Of a stretch of DNA of 64,000 bases, positions 40,102 to 49,686 are shown one piece after another. The DNA is taken from the IMG/VR virus record IMGVR_UViG_3300031998_000009, positions 134,525-198,524 of that record; one strand, written 5' to 3'. The notes below the pieces were generated by a model. That model made no database searches. It was not told where the DNA came from and was given only the letters and a program-made list of their open reading frames with translations. Position 1 is the first letter of the stretch; every line of letters starts with the position of its first letter. Position numbers and translations under genes: made by a program. This DNA is from a virus (Duplodnaviria > Caudoviricetes).

Positions 40102-40202
40102 AAAAAAGTTCCTCCTACTTTTTTATCCTTGTATAAGATATAGTAGAAAAAACTTATAAAATTTATATTTAATTCTAATTATAATATGTAACTCAATAAA
40201 AA

Positions 40203-40236
40203 ATAATCCTCTACTAAATCTATAGTAGAGGATTAT
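40203..40236 (-). terminator. Terminator closing the accessory array
   Basis: ATAATCCTCTACTA/TAGTAGAGGATTAT stem plus T-run. Confidence 0.8.
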
Positions 40237-40269
40237 TCACAAATTATATTATAAACGGTTTACAGAATA

Positions 40270-40782
40270 TTACTTTCTTTGTCTACGACGTTTACTAGGT
40301 CTTCTCTTACTACTATGACATCCCTCGTCAAGTGTATCAAGAAAATCATTTACTTTCTGTCTCTCATATTCATCAACATATACTTCAACATGAATCATAT
40401 TATAAGCACCTGATGCTTCATGTTTAATGTTTTGATCTACCAGGAATTTCTTCAACTTTCTATATTCGTCTTCGGTTACTTCGACATTAAGCCATTTCTT
40501 ATCAGAGGCTTCTTTAACAATAGATTCGTCAAACTCTTCCTCAAATTCCTCGTCATTCATAAAAGGAATCTCATTAACTCTAAAGATATACTTTAGGTTA
40601 TTTGCAAGTTCGTCAGTTCCCATAGCTTTAGCAAGCTCTTCACATAGACCGTCTGCTCCAAGATACTTTAAAGCAATATCATAGGCATCCCATGCGTTTT
40701 CAGACCAAATATCAGAATAACTTTCCTTGATGTTGTTTTTAACAATACTACGTTTACTCATTTTTCTAATCATAGTGAACAT
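40270..40782 (-). CDS. Two-module putative capsid cargo protein
   Basis: Basic leader ending IKE|S; internal FDE|S, VKE|A linker. Confidence 0.6.
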   Translation of the reverse strand: MFTMIRKMSKRSIVKNNIKESYSDIWSENAWDAYDIALKYLGADGLCEELAKAMGTDELANNLKYIFRVNEIPFMNDEEFEEEFDESIVKEASDKKWLNVEVTEDEYRKLKKFLVDQNIKHEASGAYNMIHVEVYVDEYERQKVNDFLDTLDEGCHSSKRRPSKRRRQRK

Positions 40783-40796
40783 CTCCTTATTATTTT

Positions 40797-41189
40797 TTAA
40801 TCATGTCTAAATTGCCAACCATTTGTATCATCATACCAAAATCTTAAGAAGGTATAACCATTAGAACCACCGTCTGGATGCCTGTATGCAAAACTAGCGG
40901 ATCCCCAAAATGCCGGCTGGTGGTCTTCCTTTTTATAGTATACCTCTGAATTAAATTCCTCAATGTATAATTCACCAAACATAACACGGAGGAACCCGGT
41001 TCTATCTGCTAGATCTTGAGATTTAAACTTAATTCGAACATAACCACGACTTTCGTAGATGTCGTAGTCAAAATCCAAATCGTTTATACCAGTTACCTCT
41101 CTTATTTCATCCCAAAGTTCATCCATTGGAATGGACTCTGCCCAACTCATTAATTCGGTTTCGTTAGATTCATTTAGCCTTCTTATCAT
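40797..41189 (-). CDS. Putative capsid cargo protein
   Basis: MIRRLNE|S leader. Confidence 0.6.
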   Translation of the reverse strand: MIRRLNESNETELMSWAESIPMDELWDEIREVTGINDLDFDYDIYESRGYVRIKFKSQDLADRTGFLRVMFGELYIEEFNSEVYYKKEDHQPAFWGSASFAYRHPDGGSNGYTFLRFWYDDTNGWQFRHD

Positions 41190-41209
41190 AATAAAAACAT
41201 CCTTTCTTA

Positions 41210-41524
41210 TTAAAAAATAACTGGTTCTCTATTTATAACTCTTACTTCTTGAAGATATTCATCACCATCCGAAGTATAAGCTATATACCAACATTTACCA
41301 TACTTATCAGGTTCGTAACCTTTACCCGTATCTTTAGACATAATGTCTGGATCCCATTTATCAAAAACACCTCTTCCAAAAAGTTCACAATCTTCGAAAA
41401 ATTCAAATGCTTCTTCTTTATTAGGAAAGATACAGAGTGAGTTTTTATTTGTTTTTGGATTTCTGAACAGCACACCGTATTCCGGTTCCATATTGTCCAA
41501 ATCTTCCTTTACATAAAGTTTCAT
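41210..41524 (-). CDS. Putative capsid cargo protein
   Basis: MKLYVKE|D leader after GAGGAG. Confidence 0.6.
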   Translation of the reverse strand: MKLYVKEDLDNMEPEYGVLFRNPKTNKNSLCIFPNKEEAFEFFEDCELFGRGVFDKWDPDIMSKDTGKGYEPDKYGKCWYIAYTSDGDEYLQEVRVINREPVIF

Positions 41525-41787
41525 AGAAACACTCCTCATATAAAAACTGTTATATTAAAAAATTGTATAAAATGTCACATAATTCATTTATACGACACTC
41601 TACTGAACTCCTTCTACGCTTGGCAGATGAGATAATGTAACCTACTCAAAAAGGTTACAATTTATAATGTTGACATCTACTTGTTTTTTTGTGTAATTGT
41701 ATATTTATTTTAATAATTTTTTCATGACCTTATAAGACCCAGTAGTTTTTTATAACGATCCTTATATAGTGTCATGCTGTTATATAT

Positions 41788-41936
41788 AGTATAACACATT
41801 TTCATAAATTTGTCAAGATTATTTCGGGTAAATTATTTTGTTATTATTCTACAAAAATATAGGACAATATTTGTGAATTATTTTACAAGCAAAGATTCTA
41901 AAAACCCTTGACAAACTTATAAAAATATGTTATACT
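41788..41936. promoter_or_regulatory. Divergent pair of sigma-A-type early promoters
   Basis: Minus: TTGACA(41816-41811)-17-TATACT. Plus: TTGACA(41908)-17-TATACT(41931). Confidence 0.8.
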
Positions 41937-41995
41937 ATAATTACAGTAAACTATATAGATGCAGGATAGGTTTATTACTTCGGAGGTTATGAATT

Positions 41996-42517
41996 ATGGC
42001 AAGTTTTAAAAATATTGAACAGTTCACATATGGACAATATGAAGTCGATATTCATGTAAGACATCTTGAAAAGATGCTTAAGTCTTATGAAGAAGATTAT
42101 AATCTTGAACTTAATCCTGATTTTCAAAGAGGAAATGTCTGGACGGAAGAACAGCAAATTAAGTATGTAGAATTCTTCCTTCGTGGAGGAAAGTCTGCAA
42201 GAGTTATTTATTTCAATATTGGAGAATGGTCTTTTAACAAGAACACAGACATTCCTCAGATGGTTTGTGTTGATGGACTTCAGAGACTTACTGCAATTCT
42301 TAGATTTCTTCATAATGAAATTCCTGTTTTTGGACATTTCTATAATGAGTTCGAAGATAACATTCCTCTTGAGCATACACTTAAATTCAACATTAATAAT
42401 CTGGCATATAAAAAAGATGTTCTGAAATGGTACCTTGAAATGAATTCCGGTGGAACTGTTCATAGTAATAGTGAACTTGAAAGAGTTCGAAAGATGATTG
42501 AAGAATACGAAATTTAA
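41996..42517 (+). CDS. Stand-alone DUF262 (ParB/Srx-fold, GmrS-like) protein
   Basis: LNPDFQRGNVW, VDGLQRLTAI, MNSGG motifs. Confidence 0.88.
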   Translation: MASFKNIEQFTYGQYEVDIHVRHLEKMLKSYEEDYNLELNPDFQRGNVWTEEQQIKYVEFFLRGGKSARVIYFNIGEWSFNKNTDIPQMVCVDGLQRLTAILRFLHNEIPVFGHFYNEFEDNIPLEHTLKFNINNLAYKKDVLKWYLEMNSGGTVHSNSELERVRKMIEEYEI

Positions 42518-42520
42518 TCA

Positions 42521-42556
42521 GAAAAATACCTGGTAATTAGATACCAGGTATTTTTA
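42521..42556. terminator. Bidirectional terminator
   Basis: AAAAATACCTGGTA/TACCAGGTATTTTT. Confidence 0.8.
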
Positions 42557-42648
42557 TGCCAATATTTTATAAATCATTTCTTCTTTCGTACAATTTCATA
42601 TTTAGGTAATGTTTTAGTTTTTTGTATGCTTCATCTTTTTAGATTCTT

Positions 42649-44055
42649 TTAATTTAACGATTCGTCAAACTCGTCATCATCTACATAAAGACCTTCACGT
42701 TCAATATCTTTTCTAATTAGAACATATACTTCATAAGAACATTCTATTTCTAGTTGAAGTGCTGGCCAATCCATATAAGAAATGTCTTTTAGATCGAAAC
42801 TCTTTATTTCATTTTTAAATCTGTTTGTATTTTGATACTTTTCAATTATTTCAGATATCTCATAAGCACTGTCCTCGTATAAAGGCCAAATATATCTTTT
42901 TTCAATATTTGGTTTTACAAAGTCATCCCACGAATCTTCTTTTATTCTTTTTCTTCTTATAGATTCTGTTTTATATGAATTTGAATCGTATGGAAAACTC
43001 TTTACTTTTTTCTTACGTTTAAAATCTTTATTTACTTTGTCTACTACCTTTTGAAAATCAACATCAGACATTCTTCTAAAATTCTTTTGACGCTCAAGAT
43101 ATTTTTCGACATTTGTTTTTGTCCATCTGGATGTCATTCTATATTGGTCCGCATAACTATATAAATCATCATATAGATCTTTTTCTGCTGCTGATTCTCT
43201 TATTGTTCTTCCATTTGAAAATGATTCACTTATGTCAAATCTTCTGTATATTTCATCAATAATGGAATCTATAAAAGAATCTGGTAGATTTTCAGATTCA
43301 AGATATTCTCTTGCTATATTTTCATTCCTGCAATTATTCATACAATAAGATACATAAAATTCAAATACATCATCTTGTGTATTTTCTGTATCTGGCATAT
43401 CATTATATAGATTTCCAGGTTCCATAAAATCAGCTTCTATATTTGGGTTGTATCTATCAAAAGCTTCGTTCTTTTCCATCTTCTTGGATACTTTATCAAT
43501 CATATCTCCAGCCCATTTTGAAAGAGATGGGTTTTTCTTTTTGTTCCAGACTTGAAGATTATTAAGAGCTTTTGTAATTTTAGAAAGACCTTTCTTCTTT
43601 GCAAGGTCAACAAAGTGTTTTATAGGTAAATCTTCGACATTTTTTCCTTCTGGTACTTCTAGAATTCCTTCATGTTTTACTTCTATTTCTACATCTTGTT
43701 CACGAAGTTTTCTTTTTCTAGAACAAACAGACTCTAAAGTAGTATCTTTTTCTTTAACATAGATATTATAAACGATATTATCGTCGTTACCAAAATAAAT
43801 AAAGATCTTATATTTGTCATTTTTCCAGATTCTATACAGGCAATCTGCAGGAGCTATGCAAATTCCTTCGTCATAATATTCAAATCCTTCTGCAGAAAGT
43901 TCGTCTTCCAAAGCATCCAAAGAATCATCAACATAAATGCCTCTTAAATCATCTTCCATATTCATAGATTCTTTAGAAACAACTGTGTAGACATCGTCTA
44001 CATATTCACGTTCTTTGAGGGATGCATGATCATCTGATTTGTATAATTTAATCAT
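42649..44055 (-). CDS. Multi-module putative capsid cargo polyprotein
   Basis: Several 60-90 aa modules separated by TLE|S...KLRE|Q, KNE|A, ISE|S...IRE|S, KTE|S...IKE|D. Confidence 0.6.
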   Translation of the reverse strand: MIKLYKSDDHASLKEREYVDDVYTVVSKESMNMEDDLRGIYVDDSLDALEDELSAEGFEYYDEGICIAPADCLYRIWKNDKYKIFIYFGNDDNIVYNIYVKEKDTTLESVCSRKRKLREQDVEIEVKHEGILEVPEGKNVEDLPIKHFVDLAKKKGLSKITKALNNLQVWNKKKNPSLSKWAGDMIDKVSKKMEKNEAFDRYNPNIEADFMEPGNLYNDMPDTENTQDDVFEFYVSYCMNNCRNENIAREYLESENLPDSFIDSIIDEIYRRFDISESFSNGRTIRESAAEKDLYDDLYSYADQYRMTSRWTKTNVEKYLERQKNFRRMSDVDFQKVVDKVNKDFKRKKKVKSFPYDSNSYKTESIRRKRIKEDSWDDFVKPNIEKRYIWPLYEDSAYEISEIIEKYQNTNRFKNEIKSFDLKDISYMDWPALQLEIECSYEVYVLIRKDIEREGLYVDDDEFDESLN

Positions 44056-44149
44056 AAATAATTCACTCCTTAATTGTGTACCTTTTAATGAAAGGTCATA
44101 ATTATAGTTATATTATCATTCCATGTTTTATAAAAACTCTTTGTTTTAT

Positions 44150-45325
44150 TTATAAGTCATAGAATGTAGAGTATGGTAGATTATATTCTTTGCAGGTATT
44201 CATAAGTTCTTTATATATAGCTGATTGAGTGCTTAAAATATCTGAATATATCCAATATAGACCTTGCTCATCCTCTTCTCCTTCGTTTATATAAACATCC
44301 ATAGGGTTCATATTTCTTCCAGGAATAGTATCTTTCCAAATGGTATCATACTCAGGTCTATCAATACCCCAACTATTTGGATTTTTTATGCGGTAGTCAC
44401 TGTATTCTTTGAACCCCGTTAAACCTCTATATCTAGGATTTGTTAAACGAAAACCATTATCTTTATATAACTTTATAAGTTCTTCGAATTTCTTATAGGT
44501 GGTTTGTAATCTACGTTTAGCTGTATTTCTAATTGTTTCTATTTCATTATGTGAAAGGTTATTAAGGACAGCATTTCGACGCTCAAGAACTTTATATAAA
44601 TCAGGCAAAGATTTTTGTGGTGTTTTATTTCCACCCATTAGAATAAATCCTGTAGAAATGTAAAAAGGTTTAGATCTTTCTCCTACAAATCCACCTACTT
44701 GCCAACTATCATCTGCACAATCATAAGGGATAAAAGTACACTCAACATAGTCGGTTCTATCCGGTAACTCCCAACCTAGTTCATTTGTAGCACCTTTTAT
44801 AACACGGGGTTCATAACCTAAACTACGCATTGCATCCTCTATATATCCATGTATGTATTTATAGGCATCCCCTAATCCATAAATATCATTTTTTGGGTCG
44901 TAACAAATACGATAAGGTTTTGGTTTATTCAGTAATATATTTACAAGATCCCCAACATAATCAAAAACAAGTATATCATCTACTTTTTCGATAGATTCTT
45001 TTATAGTTGGTTTTTCAGTTATATAATCTCTCGATATGTCTCCATAATACATATAATATTTATTATCAGGATCGTATACATGGTCAAAGTCAATTTCATT
45101 TCCATCGTCATCCAACCAAAAGTCTTCCCAATCGTATAGTAAGGTTTCATTAGGCACTACGACTTGAAAAGTTCTGTAAGCATCCTTATAGGGTTTTTCA
45201 GATAAATAAACCCATCCTTGATCGTCTGCCTTTATACCATTTCTTAAAACATAATTATATGAGTTTTTATCGAATACCGAGTGATATAGAATGTTATGTG
45301 CTGATTCTTTTATTCTCAATTTCAC
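44150..45325 (-). CDS. Cargo protein with N-terminal ADP-ribosyltransferase-like domain
   Basis: MKLRIKE|S then LYHS...LRNGIK...VYLS...YYGDI; second module after TIKE|S. Confidence 0.55.
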   Translation of the reverse strand: MKLRIKESAHNILYHSVFDKNSYNYVLRNGIKADDQGWVYLSEKPYKDAYRTFQVVVPNETLLYDWEDFWLDDDGNEIDFDHVYDPDNKYYMYYGDISRDYITEKPTIKESIEKVDDILVFDYVGDLVNILLNKPKPYRICYDPKNDIYGLGDAYKYIHGYIEDAMRSLGYEPRVIKGATNELGWELPDRTDYVECTFIPYDCADDSWQVGGFVGERSKPFYISTGFILMGGNKTPQKSLPDLYKVLERRNAVLNNLSHNEIETIRNTAKRRLQTTYKKFEELIKLYKDNGFRLTNPRYRGLTGFKEYSDYRIKNPNSWGIDRPEYDTIWKDTIPGRNMNPMDVYINEGEEDEQGLYWIYSDILSTQSAIYKELMNTCKEYNLPYSTFYDL

Positions 45326-45337
45326 ACTATCACCTAC

Positions 45338-45823
45338 TTATAATGGAATATTATTATCGTTTAATAGTTGATTCCAATAACTTCTATATCCTATTCTTGA
45401 CTTATGTTTATTTATATCTGGAATGGAATTCCAGAGTTTTGTTCTTTCTTTAGCTTCTTCAACATCAAACCCACTGTAATCAGGTTGAACGAATTGCCAC
45501 TTGTTATGGTAAATTTGATTCTTTCCTTTTATTTTCTTTGCTTGAAATTCTCCGTCTTCGTCTACCCAAGCACAAATAGAATCACCGACAGTAGGTTCGT
45601 TTTCTGTATCCCAGTCAGGGGTTGAAATAAAAGAAATTTTATTTGTTAAAGAATCAAACTTTAAAACATAACTATCAATTCCAATTTCTCTTTCATATAA
45701 ATCTTCAAGGAAAAACATAAGATCTTCAAATTCTTCCTTATTCATATATTTAAGAACCTTGTCTTCCCATTCCTTATAATTGGAATTATGAGCATACCAA
45801 CTTTTCATAACGTGTTTAAGCAT
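45338..45823 (-). CDS. Protein resembling the C-terminal domain of DNA phosphorothioation-associated methyltransferases (TIGR04096-like)
   Basis: KISFISTPDWDTENEPTVG...YHNKWQFVQPDY...IGYRSYWNQLL, compared with the recalled family pattern ISYL.YPDFD.DPHP...LHRKE.FV..DY...IG....W...L. Confidence 0.5.
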   Translation of the reverse strand: MLKHVMKSWYAHNSNYKEWEDKVLKYMNKEEFEDLMFFLEDLYEREIGIDSYVLKFDSLTNKISFISTPDWDTENEPTVGDSICAWVDEDGEFQAKKIKGKNQIYHNKWQFVQPDYSGFDVEEAKERTKLWNSIPDINKHKSRIGYRSYWNQLLNDNNIPL

Positions 45824-46256
45824 CTATATCACCTTGTTTTCTACAATTATGACAGGTATAATGATCTATTCCGGCACGTTCACCCAGCATTGTCCAATTT
45901 ATATGTGGTATAGTTGGTAAATTCAGGTTGTAATAATCCATAATTAGCTTTTTGTATGCTTTATTGTTAATGCACTTGTCCAGAAAAACAATACAAGAAT
46001 AGTTATCGAATTTATCATCAAAATCATAATTTGGATCCACTATTACCCTACCCCTAGGGAAGTAGTTCCACGCTACTTCCCTACCATCAATTTTATAATT
46101 AGCTTTAATAGAAGCCCAGGTGTTTTTATGTGTCTTTCCATTTAAGTTATAATCATAGTTATATTGGGGTACTTCTGATGTAACTCCTATAACTGTATCG
46201 TTGATTATCCAGAAATATCCTTCATAAGGATAATTTCTATTTTCTGTAAGAACCAT
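45816..46256 (-). CDS. Hypothetical protein (GYFW...H...W...YFPRGRV...HYxC)
   Basis: Motif-rich ORF; MVLTE|N leader. Confidence 0.55.
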   Translation of the reverse strand: MVLTENRNYPYEGYFWIINDTVIGVTSEVPQYNYDYNLNGKTHKNTWASIKANYKIDGREVAWNYFPRGRVIVDPNYDFDDKFDNYSCIVFLDKCINNKAYKKLIMDYYNLNLPTIPHINWTMLGERAGIDHYTCHNCRKQGDIDA

Positions 46257-46269
46257 ATTTTCTCCTTGA

Positions 46270-47526
46270 TTACTTACAAATAAATAATTTACCTTTTCTT
46301 TTTACATCTTTGAATACCTTTTCAAGTTCCGGTTGATAGTCTGTGGTTTTCATATTTGTCTGGAATGACTTTCTCTTATCGTCTGCTTTACCCTCGCCGG
46401 AACCGGAACCTTCATAAACAGTAAAGTAAACAGTTCCACCATTTTTTACAAGTCTACCACAGTTCTTAATAACAGCTAACCTATTTTCTGGTTCCTTAAT
46501 AACATTTAATACATTAGAACAGGTAACAGTGTCGGCGCCACCGTTCTTCTTAATGAAGTCAATTACATCCTTATTATGTTCCTTTGTTCTATTAAATGGG
46601 TCCCATACTAAATTAAGAACATCATAGTCTTTTAAGTATTGTGCTGCGTTATCAAAACGACCCCCACCAACATCTGCGTTGACAGTTCCAGGCTTAAAAC
46701 CTCCTAGTTTCTGTACTAAACTAAAGATTGTTGGTAGTTTTGAAGAATTGATAGATGTTACTGCCGAATCATATTCTTGTACAAAGGATTGAATAAGATC
46801 ATCCAAATCATCATCGTCACTATAAACTTCTGAAATTTCTACTTTTTCTTGCAACTCATCAACTAACATTTCAACATCTGTTACATAACCGTATGCGTTG
46901 CCTCTATATCTTGCATCCTTTGTATCTTTTGCATAAATATCCACATAGTCTTCTTCGTCTGGATAATCAAATGGATGATACCAAACTCTATATGTAGTAT
47001 AGTCGTCATCTAAACTTTCAGATAAGTCCTCCTCCTCATACCAGAAGGAGTTACCCTCCTCATTGAAACACTTTATCTTAGAAATAGTAAAACTTTTACC
47101 GCCCCGGTTAAAATAAACACGGCAAGTTTCTTCTGAGTCATCGGAAGAAATCTCAGCTGTTTCATAATCAATATAATCTACACTCAGACCTTCCTCTTCC
47201 ATGGATTCGACAAATTCGTCTTCACGTGTCCAGAATCCTTGAAGTCCTACTATTTCAGCAATCTTGTCTGCCACTTCGGAACGGCTTTCGTTTAGAATAG
47301 TTTCTTTAATTTTTAACTTTACAGACTCTTCATATCCTTCTGGAGTAATATCTGTGGCACTGATATTATAACAACCATTTCTTCTCATTTGTTTAATATA
47401 CTTTGTTAATTCTTCCCATGTACCAGTAAATTCTTCACGGATGTTATAATCACAATTACCGTCTTCTCCACAATAATCATAAATGATTTCATATGTTTCC
47501 ATACTCTTATACACTCCTTCTAACAT
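46270..47526 (-). CDS. Multi-module protein with C-terminal class I SAM methyltransferase
   Basis: NADVGGGRFD, VWDPFNR, ADTVTCSNVLNVIKE, VYFTVYEG; linker EESVKLKIKE|TILNE|S. Confidence 0.8.
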   Translation of the reverse strand: MLEGVYKSMETYEIIYDYCGEDGNCDYNIREEFTGTWEELTKYIKQMRRNGCYNISATDITPEGYEESVKLKIKETILNESRSEVADKIAEIVGLQGFWTREDEFVESMEEEGLSVDYIDYETAEISSDDSEETCRVYFNRGGKSFTISKIKCFNEEGNSFWYEEEDLSESLDDDYTTYRVWYHPFDYPDEEDYVDIYAKDTKDARYRGNAYGYVTDVEMLVDELQEKVEISEVYSDDDDLDDLIQSFVQEYDSAVTSINSSKLPTIFSLVQKLGGFKPGTVNADVGGGRFDNAAQYLKDYDVLNLVWDPFNRTKEHNKDVIDFIKKNGGADTVTCSNVLNVIKEPENRLAVIKNCGRLVKNGGTVYFTVYEGSGSGEGKADDKRKSFQTNMKTTDYQPELEKVFKDVKRKGKLFICK

Positions 47527-47572
47527 TACAACCTTATCAGTGTATTACAACCCATTTTAGGTTGTAATACAC

Positions 47573-47776
47573 TCAAAGGTTATTAGTATTAAAAACTTCT
47601 GTAACTACTTCTTCAATAGAAACATCTTCATCAGGTATAAAAATATCATATTGTGCTAACTCATCTTGATTCTCAATATCATGCTGAATCCCATATTTAT
47701 TATACCAAACAACATTTATACCACAATGCTCACAAATAACTGTAGATGTCTCTTTACCACAATGTTTACATATCAA
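47573..47776 (-). CDS. Small zinc-ribbon protein
   Basis: TTG start; CKHC...CEHC. Confidence 0.6.
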   Translation of the reverse strand: MICKHCGKETSTVICEHCGINVVWYNKYGIQHDIENQDELAQYDIFIPDEDVSIEEVVTEVFNTNNL

Positions 47777-47789
47777 TTTAACCACTTCT

Positions 47790-48284
47790 TTAATCAAAAG
47801 ACTTAATAAAGCGTTCAAGTTTACCTATTAAAGAATTACAATTTTCAAAAACATCCGGTAACATATCTTCGATTTCTTCTGCTAGTTCAATTTGAACAAT
47901 TTTATTGTTTACTAATTTTAGATATTTGCTTAAGCGAAGAAATGCAGTTTTATTTAGTATTTAGACTTTTTTATATTTCTTTAAGGATTCGTTGGTATCG
48001 TCTAAATTAAAGGAACAAAGATTCTGAATATTCTGACAAAAATCTTTTATAGATAAACATTCCCAATCTTTTCTTGAAACACCGCATCTAGCACCATCAT
48101 AGACATGAACCTTGAACCATCTATCTTCTGTTATATAATCATATATTTGGGAAATAGTAGGAATAATATTAACAGAAGTAAAATGTTTTACCGTTTGTGT
48201 TATAAATTTCTTTAATGTTTCTCTTTTCGCTTCTACATGAAGGTCGAAATCTAAATTTTCATTTACTGTTTCTAATGTAATCAT
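47790..48284 (-). pseudogene. Hypothetical gene with an in-frame TAA at 47961-47963
   Basis: After KKV-TAA the frame stays open for 56 more codons and ends just before the next gene's RBS. Confidence 0.55.
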
Positions 48285-48294
48285 AATTAGTCCC

Positions 48295-48741
48295 TCATTC
48301 ATATTGTGTTTCTACACGAGTAAATGTATAATCAGGGAATAATTCGTTTAATTGTTGTTCTGTAGGACCTAGATCGGATATATCCTCAATTAATACATCA
48401 ATAACCTCATCTTCCGTCATTTTATAATCACCTGTTAAAGATGTTGTGTAAATTCCTTCCTCAACTTCTTCAATAACAGGATCTTCTTCCCAGGCTTCTT
48501 CGTATAATTCGTTTAAGTAATCTAACTTTTCGTTGGAATCCATAAGTTCTTTATCAAAAATATCCTCAATAATAGGTTTGACTATACAACGATCACAAAG
48601 TGTTTCGTCTAATTCATCAACGTAGTAAACCTTTCTAATATCACCTGGAAGATATTGTTGACCACACTCTTCACAATAAGTACCTTCTACTGGAGATCCT
48701 TGATCTGGTCCACCATCCCATATTTCTCGTAGTCTAATCAT
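48295..48741 (-). CDS. Acidic zinc-finger putative cargo protein
   Basis: MIRLRE leader; CEEC...CDRC; very D/E-rich. Confidence 0.6.
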   Translation of the reverse strand: MIRLREIWDGGPDQGSPVEGTYCEECGQQYLPGDIRKVYYVDELDETLCDRCIVKPIIEDIFDKELMDSNEKLDYLNELYEEAWEEDPVIEEVEEGIYTTSLTGDYKMTEDEVIDVLIEDISDLGPTEQQLNELFPDYTFTRVETQYE

Positions 48742-48752
48742 TCTAATTCACC

Positions 48753-49673
48753 TTATTTCTCAACAGAACTTTTCTTTAATTTATGGAACATACCATTGAA
48801 TCTATCATTATAACATTCAATATAAAAATCTTCATAACCGTCATAAAGATGCAGACGTTTTCTCACATCTCTATAACCGTTAATATCATTGTCTCTATCA
48901 TACTCAATATCAACAACTTCATAAGGTATATAACCCTTATTTCCACCATTAGGGAGATGTCCAAACTGGAAGTCTCTTATAATATAGTCACCCTTCTTCA
49001 GGTCAACTGTATCACAGTTATAATCTTCAATATGATCTTCCACTTGACAGAACATAGTATAAGACTGACCTAGTTTAAGTTTATCCAGATGTTCACAAAC
49101 AAACTTTCTTCTAGTTCTTCTTGTACTTCTGTTCATCATACTTTCATTAGCGGGTGTCATTGTTTTGGCACCTTGTAGAATACGTCCTAGGAAGTAATTC
49201 ATTTTAGAATTTAGATAACGTAACCATTCGTCCATCGTAGACTGAATATCGGAAGGAAGTACCTCGTATGTTTCTTTAATACTACCGATTACAAAATTAA
49301 GAATATTTATAATTGTCTGTACACCTTCAATAAGTTCAAACGGACATTCGGAAACAGTAAATTCCGGATATTTATCCGAAAGAAGTGCTTTAGCATCGTT
49401 AATACTATGAATATAATGACCGTCTTCACAGCACATTTCAAACACCATATCCATGTATCCGTCAAGTGTTTGGTATAATTCATTTGCTTCTAAATGTAAT
49501 GTTTGAAAATCTTTACCACAAGCATTTACATGAATAGTATGAATATCATTAGATGCTACAGCAAATAACATACCTAATGCTTCTAGATTTTCGTATATAT
49601 TTTCTACAGGAGGATTATACTGTGTTCCTATAGAAGTGGTAGAATCAAAATCTTCACATCTTAACTTAATCAT
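48753..49673 (-). CDS. Dps/ferritin-like domain fused to a second module
   Basis: MIKLRCE|D leader; HTIHVNACGKDFQTLHLEANELYQTLDGYMDMVFE matches the Dps H..H..D..E ferroxidase spacing; ANE|S linker. Confidence 0.7.
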   Translation of the reverse strand: MIKLRCEDFDSTTSIGTQYNPPVENIYENLEALGMLFAVASNDIHTIHVNACGKDFQTLHLEANELYQTLDGYMDMVFEMCCEDGHYIHSINDAKALLSDKYPEFTVSECPFELIEGVQTIINILNFVIGSIKETYEVLPSDIQSTMDEWLRYLNSKMNYFLGRILQGAKTMTPANESMMNRSTRRTRRKFVCEHLDKLKLGQSYTMFCQVEDHIEDYNCDTVDLKKGDYIIRDFQFGHLPNGGNKGYIPYEVVDIEYDRDNDINGYRDVRKRLHLYDGYEDFYIECYNDRFNGMFHKLKKSSVEK

Positions 49674-49686
49674 TATGTATCACCCT

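Noticed and set aside
40120-40200. T4-type late promoter motif upstream of structural operons
   Set aside because: Only loose AAATATA/TATATA matches in very AT-rich DNA; not distinguishable from background by eye.
41560-47963. Stop-codon reassignment suggested by in-frame stops at 47961 and in 41560-41725
   Set aside because: Long conserved genes are intact under the standard code, and TAA, TAG and TGA all end genes normally.
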